64,000 nt of DNA from contig CAXHJY010000472.1 of the NCBI GenBank assembly GCA_964016885.1, positions 6,557-70,556 of the forward strand. Reading direction: 5' to 3'. The position numbers were made by a program, and so were the translations under genes. Position 1 is the first letter of the stretch; every line of letters starts with the position of its first letter. Source of the stretch: Eledone cirrhosa (lineage: Eukaryota). The notes under the pieces are model-generated. The model did no database searches and was not told where the DNA came from. It saw only the letters and a list, made by a program, of their open reading frames with translations. Below are positions 14,061 to 39,026 of the stretch, piece by piece.

Positions 14061-15344
14061 TAACATTATTTTAGAAATTAATTTAATTTAAATGTTAGTT
14101 AACCTATAAATTAATTTAATTAAAATTTTATTACAGATGAGAATATAAAATATTATGTAATCATAAATTGTCGAAAAAACCTTTAAATATTACTAATATA
14201 TACTTAGTAATTTAATTTATAGATTAATTTAATTTATTTAAACCTTTTATTATAATTCTTTTACAGATAAAATATAACAAATAATATCGTGTATCCAATG
14301 ACAGAGAAATAATTTTTAGTATTATAGACCTAATTAATATACATTTTAGAAATATATTTATTATTTGGTTTTAGTTTTAATCAACCTAAAAATTTTAATT
14401 TTAATTTGCTTAAAATTAGTATCCTTATACAGACGAATTGCAGAATGTCATGTAATCATAGAATGGGATGTGTTTTGGATATATACCTAGTTAATATATT
14501 CTATGCAATTTTTTGATAAAGATATGTATATGTATATGTGTATGTGTATGTGTGTGTGTGTATGTATATGTGTATGTATGTGTATATGTGTATATATATA
14601 TATATATAATATATTGTGTGTATATATATTTATATATGTATGTGTATGTATATGTATATGTATGCGTATTAATTTTGATTTCTATTTGCATATAATTATA
14701 TTATGCTATTGATGAAATACAATATCTGCTTTATGTATTGTATACCTAATTAACATATACTATGAAATAAATATACAATTTTTAATTTAGTTAACCTATA
14801 ATTTATATTCTACTACCGATGTAATACTTTTATTTTATTTTTATTTGTGTTTTTTTTCCCTATTACTAAATTCATTTCCTAATATTGATACCATAACGTT
14901 ATTAACTTTAATTTAGTTATACTGTAATTAATACTCTACTACTGTTTAACTTCAAATTCTGCTTTCAAATATTATAAACCTAACTAATTTACACCTTAGA
15001 ATCAATATGTTGACTATATTTGGTTAGTTTAACATATGATTAATGGTATACTTGTTATTTTGAGATGCATAGATTTTGCCTTAGTTCTTGTTTGTTGTAT
15101 TTCCTAACACTGAAAATATGTAAGAACATACATTGGATAAAGATACGGAAAATATTCTATGTTTCTTGAAACATTATATTTACTTTGATCCCTTCTCCAA
15201 ACCCCCCCTTTCCCCATACTATTATCATCTGTATTTGTAAGCGTCTATGTATGAATATTATATGTAGGTAGGTGTCTATATAGGTTTGGGTATTTATATC
15301 TAAATATAAAAATACATATATGCGCATGCAAATATGAATGTAAG

Positions 15345-15733
15345 ATTTGTGTGTGTATATATGAGTGTGTGTATGTATGTATATATGAGTATATATGCAT
15401 GTATATATGTATGTGTATGTGAATGTGTGTACGTTTATGTGTATGTATGTGTATATATGTGTATATATATGTATGCATGTATATGGTAGGAAATATATAT
15501 ATGTATATATATATGTATATGTATATGCGTGTGTATGTATGTGTGTGTATGTGTGTTGTATATATATGTATGTCTCTCTATTTATATGTCTATCTTCGTA
15601 TCTATGTGATATATGTGTGTGTGTGTGCATGTATGCATATGTATGTGTTTATGTGTGTGTGTGTGTGTATATATGTTGTGTGTGCACACACACACATGTA
15701 TATATGTGAGTGTGTATATGTGTCTGTGTATAT

Positions 15734-15792
<59 letters not shown>

Positions 15793-15873
15793 TGTCTATG
15801 TGTGAATATATGTCTATATTCGTATGTGTGTATTTATGTATATGTCTATTGTATGTATATGTATGTATGTATG

Positions 15874-15916
<43 letters not shown>

Positions 15917-16195
15917 TATTCTTTATTATTATAATATAACTTATGTGTATATGTGTATAAGTGAGGTTGTGTATGTGTATATAATATGTGTATATATAAG
16001 TGTAAAAAAATATATATATATGTGCATGTCTGTTTTTTATGTGTGTGTATATATATATATATATATATACGTGTGTATATATATGTATATGTGGGTGTTT
16101 GTATGTGTATTTATGGTGGTATGAGTGTGTGGATATCTATGTGTATATATATATATATATGTATGAGTGTATGTGTGTATATATATATATATATG

Positions 16196-16232
<37 letters not shown>

Positions 16233-16606
16233 ATGTATGTGTGTATATATATATCTCTATTAATGCGTGTGTGTATGTATATACATATGCCTTTTTATTA
16301 TTATTTTTATTTGTATGTCTGAGTTAGGTGAGGTTGTAGTGGTTTTTTATGTATATACGCATATATGGATGCGTATGTATTTGTATATATGAGTATAAGT
16401 AAGTGCATATGTATGTATGATTATATATCTAATTCTATGTATGAATATACATGTATATATATGTGTGTATGTAAGTTGTGTGTGTATGTATCTATATGTC
16501 TATGTGTGTGTATATATATATATATATATATGTATATCGATGTACGTATATGTATGTACATGTATGTCTATGTATGTGTGTATGTATGTGTATGTATATT
16601 TAGGTG

Positions 16607-16651
<45 letters not shown>

Positions 16652-16891
16652 ATATATATATATGTATATATCTTTATTATTTATTTTTTATATATATGTG
16701 TATGTGTGTATGTGTTGCGTGTGTGTGTGTGTATATATATATCTTTATATATGTGTATGTGTATGTTCGTGTAGGTGTATGTGTGTGTATGACTGTATAT
16801 GTATGTGTATATGTGTATATGCGTAAATATTTCTATGTGTGTGTACATGTATGTATGTGTATATATCTGTATGTGTATGTATGTGTATTTG

Positions 16892-16933
<42 letters not shown>

Positions 16934-17564
16934 ATATATATATATATCTATATGTATATGTGTGTGTATGTATATATATATATATATATATCTATATGTT
17001 TTTCTATTTGTATATGTATGTGTGTATAGGTATATACCTTTCTCTTTGTATTTCTAAGCTGTGTGATAGTGTAGTGGTGTTTGTATGTATATACCGATAT
17101 ATAGATGCGTAAGTATTTGTCTGTATGTGTATATATGTAAGTCTGTATATATTTGTGTGTATATATAGCTATGTATGTGTATATCTGTATGTATATTAGT
17201 ATGTAAGTGTTGTATATGTGCATGTATGTGTGTGGTTATATATATCTGTGTCTATATAGTATGTGTAATTATATGTATATGTGTGTGTATATGTACGTGT
17301 ATGTACATATATATATGTATATGTATGTATATATATGTGTGTATATATGTATGTGTATATATATATGTATGTGTATTTGTATGTATATGTGTATATGTAT
17401 GTATGTGTGTATATGTATATGTTTATATATGTGTGTATATGTATGTTCTTAGTGTGGATGTGTGTATATGTATGTATGTGTTTATATATGTGTGTATATT
17501 TATGTATGGATATGTGTGTGTCTATGTGTATATATATATATGTTTTTGTATATATATATATGTA

Positions 17565-17609
<45 letters not shown>

Positions 17610-17640
17610 ATATATGTGTATATATATATATATATATTTA
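15345..17640 (+). repeat. Compound (TA)/(TG)/(TATG) microsatellite block inside the PLE 3' UTR
   Basis: The same ordered block with the same unique anchors appears at 1-1275, 5594-7930, 37524-39435 and 43480-45460. Confidence 0.9.
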
Positions 17641-18294
17641 TTTTCTTGATATATTTCTTTTTTCTTTTTTCTTTTTTCTTTTTTCTGTTTTTCTTTCTAT
17701 TCTTTCCTCTTTAATGTTTTATTTATTATATTTTATTGTTTTATTTTTTTATCTTTCTTAGTTTATAGATACATTTATATTAGGCAGTCTGCTCAGACAG
17801 TTGAATACTGACCCCTCCCCCCCCTCCCACCTAATTTCTGTATCTTGATCTAAAAATGTGTGTGCCAGTGTTTTATGTGAGTGAATTAATATCCACGTGC
17901 TTATGATTTTATATCCACATATATAAATGTGAGTGGAAGGTGTGTGTGTGTTTGTATGTTCGTGGTTATGTGTATATTTATGCATATACGCGCGTGTATG
18001 TGTGATTGTACGGATATGTGTGAGTATGAAAAAATATATTTATATACTTGACTTCATAAGTGTCAATACGCATCTTATCTGCGCATTGTAAGCTTACAGA
18101 GACATTAACCTTGAAATTTTGTATTTGCATCCATCCTTTTAGTATGCGTATACAAATTATACATACATTTTTGTAAAATATGTGTAAGGGTTTTACATGT
18201 ATATACACACACCGAACTGCATTTAACCCTTTGTGTTTTCATTGGTCAATTTTGAACTGAAATTTTGAATTGTTGTTATTATCAATAAATATAC

Positions 18295-18449
18295 TTCATT
18301 ATTTCTGAAGACGGCGTATATATGTGTTTGGTATGTATATTTAATCTTGATAATTTGTATAATTTTGTATAATTTTGTACATAGATCTGTTGAATATGCA
18401 TACCAATTCTAACACATATATATCCTAGAAACGATCGTTAAATAATGAA
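18295..18449 (+). ncRNA. Hammerhead ribozyme, 3' pLTR of copy C
   Basis: Same motif as 11126-11280. Confidence 0.8.
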
Positions 18450-18637
18450 CTTTTTTTGTTTAATATAAGGAATTGTTTATTCATTATTTGTTTAATATTT
18501 TATCTTGACTCTGTATACCGTTTATCTTTCACCGAAAGTGGATTTTCATTACATCTCTTCTTTCCATGATATCCGGAATACATTGAGTTCTTCATACGGA
18601 TTGGACACTACCGTAAACTCTTGGTAGATTTATCTAC

Positions 18638-23304
<4,667 letters not shown>

Positions 23305-23724
23305 CGTTATTCCGGTTGAATCGGAGGTAACCACAGTAAGTAAGGTACTCAATACATAGCAGAGTATAATAGTTTTAATATAGAAGAGATTCTACAGGAC
23401 TAGAACTGTTTCATTCATTAGAAATCATCAGGAATCTGGGTATCAAAAATAAATATGGTATTTATAGTCTCTACAAGTGGTAGGAGAGGGTGGGGAGTGG
23501 GATGGGTGCAGGTCATTGGTTGATAGAGAAGGGAATTCATTAAAGGGAATTCTTTAATGAATTCCTTCTCTATCAACCAATGACCTGCACCCATCCCACT
23601 CCCACCCTCTCCTACCACTTGTAGAGACCTATAAATACCATATTTATTTTTTGATACCCAGATTCTGATGATTTCTAATGAATGAAACAGTTCTAGTCCT
23701 GTAGAATCTCTTCTATATTAAAAC

Positions 23725-23727
<3 letters not shown>
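23305..23727. mobile_element. Small non-coding fold-back element (inverted arms ~180 bp, centre ~23548) with an HHR-like core in each arm
   Basis: 23369-23545 is the reverse complement of 23552-23727. Core CTGATGA-tttctaatgaat-GAAA lies at 23665-23687 (+) and mirrored at ~23409-23431 (-). Flanked by (TA)n. Confidence 0.7.
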
Positions 23728-23771
<44 letters not shown>

Positions 23772-23773
23772 CT

Positions 23774-23932
<159 letters not shown>

Positions 23933-23956
23933 TTATTTTTTTTTTTTTTTTTTTTT

Positions 23957-26900
23957 TGCGCGGGGACATAGAATAATCGGGCTGGATGCCCGATCGCGCA
24001 GTTAAACCACTGGGAGTGAAGAACCCCTAGCCCATGTCAGGGTATTCTTCTAGGAGAAGGCATCTCAGGAAACTGGGTTAACTCCGATATAAAACCTGCG
24101 GCTCAGTAGTTACCGATGATGTTGATCTTTTCTTCTTTTCGGGTTATAGCTACTATCGCTCAGAGAGTGGATTGGTTCAGTGCACAGTCTTTCCTCACTT
24201 TAAAAATATTCGTCACGCACAGGCATTGCACGAGTGCATTAATAATTATTAATAGTGTAGTATCATTATTATTATTATTATTATTACTATTATTATTACT
24301 TTTTTTTTTTTTTTTTTTTTTTTTCCAATTCAATGATGTTCCAGAACAATGTAAACGAGATAATTGCCAATTTGGGTTCTGGAACAAAAAAGATCATTGG
24401 CAATAAGGGCAGGGGCCCCAAGTTATCACAACCTGGGCCCGCCCGTCATCGTGCCATTGTAATAGAGCCAAACAGGGCATTTAGTCTTGGCTGCTGGAAC
24501 GTACGGACGCTGCTTGACAGGATTCTTTGGAGCGTCCTGAACGAAGGACCGCTCTTGTTGCGAAGGAGCTTCGACGTTACGATCTTGACATCGTGGCTTT
24601 GTCTGAGACGAGGTTAGCTGGGGATGGTCATCTTACGGAATTTTGTGGAGAATATACATTCTTCTGGAAAGGAAGAGATGAAGGAACCAGAAGAGAGGCT
24701 GGGGTAGGATTTGCTGTTAAGACTGTACTGGTGAATAAATTAGAAGAATTCCAGTGGGGATTAGTGAGCGTCTTATGTCCATGAGAGTTCCGCTGGACAA
24801 GGGAAGATATGCTACCCTGGTGAGTGTGTATGCTCCAACTATGATTCTGTCGATGAAGAAAAACTGTCCTTTTACCATGCCTTGAAAGGTGTTTTAAGAA
24901 ATATCCCTCAGGCAGACAAAATCATCGTGCTTGGTGACTTTAATGCTAGAGTGGGTAGGGATTTTAACACATGGAATGTAATCGGAAGGCATGGGGTGGG
25001 GAAAGTGTAACAGCAATGGTATGCTCTTGCTGCAGATGTGTGAGGAGCTGGATCTGTGTGTTACCAGCACCATGTTCCAACAAAAGAACAAATTCAAGAC
25101 CACATGGATGCATCCTGCATCTAAGGAATGGCATCTTTTGGACTACGTCCTAGTCAGGATGCGTGACAGACAGGATGTGCAGTGTGTTCGTGTTCTTCGT
25201 GGAGCTGAGTGCTGGACGGACCACCGCCTGGTACGCGCAAAAGTGAATCTAATCCACCAAACGTAAAATCCGGGCTCCTGGTGTTACCCTGCCCAAAAGA
25301 TTGAATGCTGCTCGTCTTAAGGATAAAAATGTGAAGAGGACATTGGAAGAAGAGATGCAGGCTGCAGATCTTGGTGAGATTGGCCGACCTTAAAAAGTCG
25401 GTTTATGATGTAGGCAGACGTGTTCTGGGATTGGTGCAGAGAAAACATCAGGACTGGTTTAATGAGAAAGATGTGCATATAGATGACTTGTTGGCTGATA
25501 AGAGGCGCGCTCTGTCACGCTACTTGACGGCAAACCACAGGAGAGGAATACGTTGCATGAGGAGCTCAGGGATGTAAAATCACGTGTTAGGCGGAGTCTT
25601 TCTCAGATGAAGGATCAGTGGTGGAGTGAGAAGGCTGGTGAGATACAAACTGCGTCTGATTGCAATAACACAAAGCTGTTGTACAGTCTCTTGCGTGAGG
25701 TTTATGGACCGTCTTCTTCTCTGGTGACACCGATTCGCAGCAAGGATGGCAAAGAACTTCTTCGTGACTCACAGGGAATTCTACGAAGGTGGCGAGAGCA
25801 CTTTGATGATCTTTTGAATCAGCCGTCTGTCGTCAGTGAAGATTTCCTCAATCTCATTCCGGAAAGTCCTGTGAAAGTAGCTCTCGCAGAACCTCCGACA
25901 CTTGTGGAGGTTGCAGTGGCTATTTCGAAGCTGAACAGTGGAAGATCTCCAGGTATGGATGGCATACATGCTGAGCTCCTACAATATGGTGGTGAGAGAC
26001 TCCTGCAACATCTTCACTCTCTGTTTGGAAGGATATGGGCTAATGAATCCGTGCCTGAGGACTGGAGAGATGCAGTAATGGTGGTCTTGTACAAGGGAAA
26101 GGGTAACAGGAATGATGTGGGAACTACAGAGGTATATCATTGCTTTCTGTCGTGGGGAAAGTTTTATGTAGGGTGCTTCTGGACCGTCTGCTGACACACA
26201 TTGCAGATTGTGTCCTTCCTGAAAGCCAATCTGGTTTTCGTGTTGGACGCGGCACTACTGATATGATCTTCTCAGCTAGACAGCTCCAGGAGAAGTGCAT
26301 TGAACAGGGCTTGGATCTGTATCAGGTTTTTGTCGATCTGACAAAGGCTTTCGATACTGTCAACAGAGATGCATTATGGAAGGTTCTCCAGAAACTTGGT
26401 TGCCCTGATAAGTTCCTTGCTTTAGTTAGGTCTTTCCATGACGACATGAAGGCTTGGGTTAATGTCGGAGGTAACATGTCGGAGCCTATCTCAGTAAAAA
26501 ATGGAGTGAAACAGGGGGATATTCCAGCACCGACCCTGTTTGCCATATACTTTGCAATGGTTTTCTGTATTGCATTCAGGAATTGCGAGCATGGTGTTTA
26601 CATCCGATATCGAACCTCAGGCAGCATATTTAACATCAGGCGCTTTGCTGCGAAGACAAAAGTATTTACATCAGTCATAAGAGACCTCTTGTATGCAGAT
26701 GATTGCGATCTTGTAGCGCACACAGAGAGTGATATGCAGCACATTTTGAATGTATTTTCTGACGCTTGCACTGCCCTGGGTTTGACTGTCAGTCTCAAGA
26801 AAACCGTCGTCATGTACCAACCTGCACCTGGTAGGCAGTACACTGAACCAAACATCTATGTGTATGGCAAACGACTTGGAGTGGTTGATCAGTTTGTCTA

Positions 26901-27882
26901 CCTGGGAAGCACTGTCAATCGATACGGCAACCTTGACAGTGAAATCTCACTTAGGATTAGGAAAGCAAGTGATGCTTTCGGAAAGCTAGAAAGGCGACTC
27001 TGGGGTCGGCGAGACATATGCAGGAGGACAAAGGTAAGGGTGTACAGGGCATGTGTACTCTCTTGTCTTCTTTATGCCTGCGAGACCTGGGTCACATATC
27101 GACGCCACCTTAAGCAATTGGAGCGTTTCCATCAGATGTGTCTCAGACGGATACATGGCGTTCACTGGAGGGACCACATCAGTGATGTCGAGATTTTGGA
27201 AAGCTCTATGTGTGACAGTATAGAAGCTCTTGTGCTTAAGCAGCGACTCCGTTGGAGTGGTCACCTTGCCAGGATGAAGGATTCTAGAATACCAAAACAA
27301 CTCTTCTATGGAGAGTTGGTTAAAGGAAAACGACCGCCACATAAACCAAAAAAGAGGTATAAGGATTCCTTGAAGGCCTCTCTGAAAGACGCTAACATCT
27401 CTGCTGATACATGGGAAAATATTGCTGCTGATCGTAATAAATGGAGAAAGACTGTATATGAGGGAAAAAGTTGCCTTTGAGGCATCTCGAATCGCACACG
27501 AGAAAGTAAAGCGGGACGTGAGGAAGGGTATTGCTGTTGCACTTCCAGACGGCGAGGGTCCTCCTATGTTTCTGACATGCAGCGTCTGTGCGAGACTCTG
27601 CCTAAGCAAAGCTGGACTCGAAAGTCATCTTCGCAGTCATAAAGTAAGACCAGTGGTTGACTACCAGGCTGCTGTTGGAGATGCTACTCATCATGCTTGC
27701 CAAACATGTGGTAGAGAATGTAAATCAGCAGGAGGACTCAAGCGACATGCAAAAGTACACGAACTCCAACCACAGCCGACTATTGCCAGTAAATGTTTTG
27801 GTTGCCGACTCTGTGCAAGACATTTTAGATCATTGGCTGGGCTAAAAAGCCACATTCGATCGCAGCACTGTTAGTTGCTATC

Positions 27883-27920
<38 letters not shown>

Positions 27921-27999
27921 GCTTATGTGCGTGCGTGTGTGTGTATATATATATGAATATGTATATTATTATTGTTGTTGTCGTTATTATTATTATTGC

Positions 28000-28045
<46 letters not shown>

Positions 28046-28167
28046 GTTATTAATGTATGTGTGTATATATGTGTGAGTGTATGTGTATGTATGTGTGTGT
28101 GTATATATGTATGTATGTGTATGTATGTGTGTGTGTATATATACGTGTATATATATATATATGTATA

Positions 28168-28204
<37 letters not shown>

Positions 28205-28230
28205 CTTTTCCCTTTTTTTTTTTTTTTTTT

Positions 28231-28287
<57 letters not shown>

Positions 28288-28355
28288 TTTTTTTTTTTTT
28301 TTTTTTTTTTTTATTGTGCAATGGCCATACTCGATAACGAGGGGGCAGCCATCAT
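23957..28355 (+). mobile_element. RTE-clade non-LTR retrotransposon, apparently full-length
   Basis: Short structured 5' UTR, a single EN-RT ORF, and a 3' UTR with microsatellites ending in ggccatactcgataacgagggggcagccatcat. Flanked by (TA)n on both sides. Confidence 0.85.
24333..27874 (+). pseudogene. RTE ORF: AP endonuclease, reverse transcriptase and three C2H2 zinc fingers, with multiple frameshifts
   Basis: LGCWNVRTLLD, RPERRTALVAKELRRYDLDIVALSETR, LGDFNARVG, WHLLDYVLV, CWTDHRLV; SPGMDGI, FVDLTKAFDTV, GVKQGD, LLYADD, YLGS, RLRWSGHLARM; three CxxC-x12-H fingers at ~27577-27868. Confidence 0.9.
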
Positions 28356-28358
28356 ATT

Positions 28359-28486
<128 letters not shown>

Positions 28487-28498
28487 AATATATATATA

Positions 28499-28711
<213 letters not shown>

Positions 28712-28924
28712 CGTTTCTGAATTTGTTTAGCAAGATTCTTTATCTGAAATCGTGTGTTGAAACCGATATTGTTATACTTTGGGAGGGTCATGTTGCCAAT
28801 AAGAAACACACGCACCAGTTGCTTTCACTTCAATTTAATTTAATATATATTTATAAATTTACAAATTTATAAATTTCTGGTTGGTTGGTTGGTTCCACAA
28901 CCAGATAGTTGTTTATATATATAT

Positions 28925-28969
28925 AGTCATAGTTCTTTCGTCACACACTCTGTGACCTCTTCAGTGACT
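28925..28969 (-). ncRNA. Minimal type I hammerhead ribozyme (left arm)
   Basis: Exact reverse complement of 29102-29146. Confidence 0.7.
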
Positions 28970-29101
28970 GGGGATTTCTTTCTTCGTTTCTGTGCCTTTC
29001 CTTTCTTCTATCCTACGCCAAAATGGCGTAGGATAGAGAAAGGAAAGGCACAGAAACGAAGAAAGAAATCCCCAGTCACTGAAACGAAGAAAGAAATCCC
29101 C

Positions 29102-29146
29102 AGTCACTGAAGAGGTCACAGAGTGTGTGACGAAAGAACTATGACT
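29102..29146 (+). ncRNA. Minimal type I hammerhead ribozyme (right arm)
   Basis: agtca-CTGAAGA-g-gtcaca(gagtg)tgtgac-GAAA-gaac-TA-tgact: 5-bp helix I, 6-bp helix II, predicted CUA cleavage. Confidence 0.72.
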
Positions 29147-29317
29147 ATATATATATATAAACAACTATCTGGTTGTGGAACCAACCAACCAACCAGAAAT
29201 TTATAAATTTGTAAATTTATAAATATATATTAAATTAAATTGAAGTGAAAGCTACTGGTGCGTGTGTTTCTTATTGGCAACATGACCCTCCCAAAGTATA
29301 ACAATAATATATATATA

Positions 29318-29438
<121 letters not shown>

Positions 29439-29605
29439 GGATTAACAAATAATAGTTAAATGCAGTCCACTTAGGTGAAGTCCAGTTATGGTATTCCAGG
29501 TAGTGGATGATATTAACGCTTGGCTTGGTTTGACTCAACAAGGCGTTTTCATAGTGATGCTGCGGGTATGCTGTAATTCCTATGTTGTAAACACTTGGAG
29601 TAATA

Positions 29606-34412
<4,807 letters not shown>

Positions 34413-34701
34413 ATTGTTATATTTGGGGAGGGTCATATTTGCGTAATATTGCCAGAATTAATAACAGAACACACTCACTGTTTGGTTGGTTTTCGCTTCT
34501 CGCTGTCTTTTATATATATATATCTGCGATCTAACTTACTCGGTCCTCAATGTTGCCATTGACTGACGGCGGTCAAAAATAATACAGATACAATATAGAC
34601 AAACACATATATATATAGTTTACATAAATCTTTCGTTGCACATCTGCAACATCGTCAGTGGTGTTATATTCATTGTTCCTCCTGTTGTGTTGTATGTCTA
34701 C

Positions 34702-34705
<4 letters not shown>
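34413..34705 (-). mobile_element. ~290-bp non-coding element related to the 29-kb fold-back element, with an HHR-like core
   Basis: Minus strand starts TGGCGTAG and ends atgaccctccccaaatataacaata, like the arm at 29024-29306. Core CTGACGA-t-gttgca(gatg)tgcaac-GAAA-gatt-TA at ~34625-34658; helix I is weak. Confidence 0.6.
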
Positions 34706-34732
<27 letters not shown>

Positions 34733-34740
34733 GTTCAGTC

Positions 34741-34778
<38 letters not shown>

Positions 34779-34780
<2 letters not shown>

Positions 34781-35130
34781 GATAAATCTACCAAGAGTTT
34801 ACGGTAGTGTCCAATCCGTATGAAGAACTCAATGTATTCCGGATATCATGGAAAGAAGAGATGTAATGAAAAACCACTTTCGGTGAAAAATAAACGGTAT
34901 ACAGAGTCAAGATAAAATATTAAACAAATAATGAATAAACAATTCCTTATATTAAACAAAAAAAGTTCATTATTTAACGATCGTTTCTAGGATATATATG
35001 TGTTAGAATTGGTATGCATATTCAACAGATCTATGTACAAAATTATACAAAATTATACAAATTATCAAGATTAAATATACATACCAAACACATATATACG
35101 CCGTCTTCAGAAATTATTCATTATTTCTGA
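34779..35130 (-). mobile_element. Solo pLTR fragment of the Naiad-like PLE including the HHR (34966-35114)
   Basis: Reverse complement of ~18301-18636, 5'-truncated inside HHR helix I and followed by a 14-nt inverted piece (ttcattatttctga). Confidence 0.88.
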
Positions 35131-36655
<1,525 letters not shown>

Positions 36656-36709
36656 TAAACAAATAATGAATAAACAATGAAAACAGTTCCTTATATTAAA
36701 CAAAAAAAG

Positions 36710-36863
36710 TTCATTATTTAACGATCGTTTCTAGGATATATATGTGTTAGAATTGGCATGCATATTCAACAGATCTATGTACAAAATTATACAAAATTAT
36801 ACAAACTATCAAGATTAAATATACATACCAACACATATATACGCCGTCTTCAGAAATAATGAA
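36710..36863 (-). ncRNA. Hammerhead ribozyme, pLTR of copy D
   Basis: Same motif; the catacc->catgcc change in helix II keeps a U-G pair. Confidence 0.8.
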
Positions 36864-37524
36864 ATATATTTATTGATAACAACAATTCAAAATTTCAGGT
36901 CCGTTTGGGAACAAAATTGACCAATGAAAATACAAAAGGTTTAATGCAGTTCGGGTGTGTGTATATACATGTAACTACCCTTACACATATTTTACAAAAA
37001 TGTATGTACAACTTGTATACGCATACGAAAAGGATGGATGCAAATACAAAATTTCAAGGTTAATGTCTCTGTAAGTTTATAATGCACAGATAAGATGCGT
37101 ATAGACACATAAATATGAAATAAGTGTATATACATATTTTCATACTCACTCATATCCGTACAATCACACATACACACGCGTATATGCATAAACATACACA
37201 TAAACTACGAACATACAAACACACACACACCCCCACTCACATATATATATATGTGGATATAAAATCCTAAGCACATGGATATTAATTCACTCACATAAAC
37301 ATTGGCACACACATTTAGATCAAGATACAGAAATTAGGTGGGAGGGGAGGAAAGGTCAGTATTCAACTGTTTGGGCTGACTGCTTAATATAGATGTATCT
37401 ATAAACTAAGAAAATAAAAAATAATAAATAATAAATAATAATAAATAATAAATAAACATTAAAAAGGAAAGAAAAGAAAAAGAAAAAGAAAAAAGAAAAA
37501 AGAAAAAAGAAATATATCAAGAAA

Positions 37525-37587
<63 letters not shown>

Positions 37588-37749
37588 CACGTACATACAC
37601 ACATACATATACACATACACACATACAAACACATACATACATATACACACATCCACACTTAGAACATACATACACACACATATATAAACATATACATATA
37701 CACACATACATACATATACACACATACATATAAATACACATATACATAT

Positions 37750-37810
<61 letters not shown>

Positions 37811-38107
37811 CACTCATACATACACATATAATCACACATACTATATAGACACACATATATATACACACATACACGCACATATACATACACTTACATACAT
37901 ATATACATACAGATATACACATACATACCTATATATACACACAAATACATACAGACATACATACATACATACAGACAAATACTTAGGCATCTATATATCG
38001 GTATATACATACAAACACCACTACACTCTCACACAACTCAGACATACAAAGAAAAAGGTATATACATATACATATAGAGAAACATATACATATATATATA
38101 TATATAT

Positions 38108-38159
<52 letters not shown>

Positions 38160-38334
38160 ACACATATACACACATACACATACATACACATACATACATG
38201 TACACACACATAGATATATATATACATACACACATACATATTTAGTCATACACACACATACACCTACACGAACATACACATACACATATATAAAGATATA
38301 TATACACACACACACACATATATATAAAAAAAGC

Positions 38335-38379
<45 letters not shown>

Positions 38380-38710
38380 CATATACATACACACATACAT
38401 AGACATATATGTACATACATACACATACATAGATACATACACACACATACATACATATATATATACACACATAGACATATACTTACATACACACACAACA
38501 TACATACACACATATATACTCATACATAGAATTAGATATATAATCATACATACATACGCACTTACATATACTCATATATACAAATACATACGCATCCATA
38601 TATGCGTATATACATAGAAACACCACTACACCCTCACCCAACTCAGACATACAAAGAAAAAGGCATATACATATACATATATACACGCATTAATAGAGAT
38701 ATATATACAC

Positions 38711-38742
<32 letters not shown>

Positions 38743-38971
38743 ACTTATATATATATACTCACACCCACATACAACCAAAAATACACATACAAACACCCAC
38801 ATATACATATATATACACATATATATATATACACACACATAAAAAACAGACATGCACATATATATTTTTTTACACACATATATATACACATATATATACA
38901 TATACACACCCTCACATATACACACATACACATAAGTTATATTATAATAATAAATAATATATATATATAAC

Positions 38972-39026
<55 letters not shown>

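Noticed and set aside
29024-29031. TGGCGTAG as a tRNA-Ser primer-binding site of an LTR element
   Set aside because: Only 8 nt match, there is no upstream LTR, and it lies at the extreme 5' end of the HHR strand.
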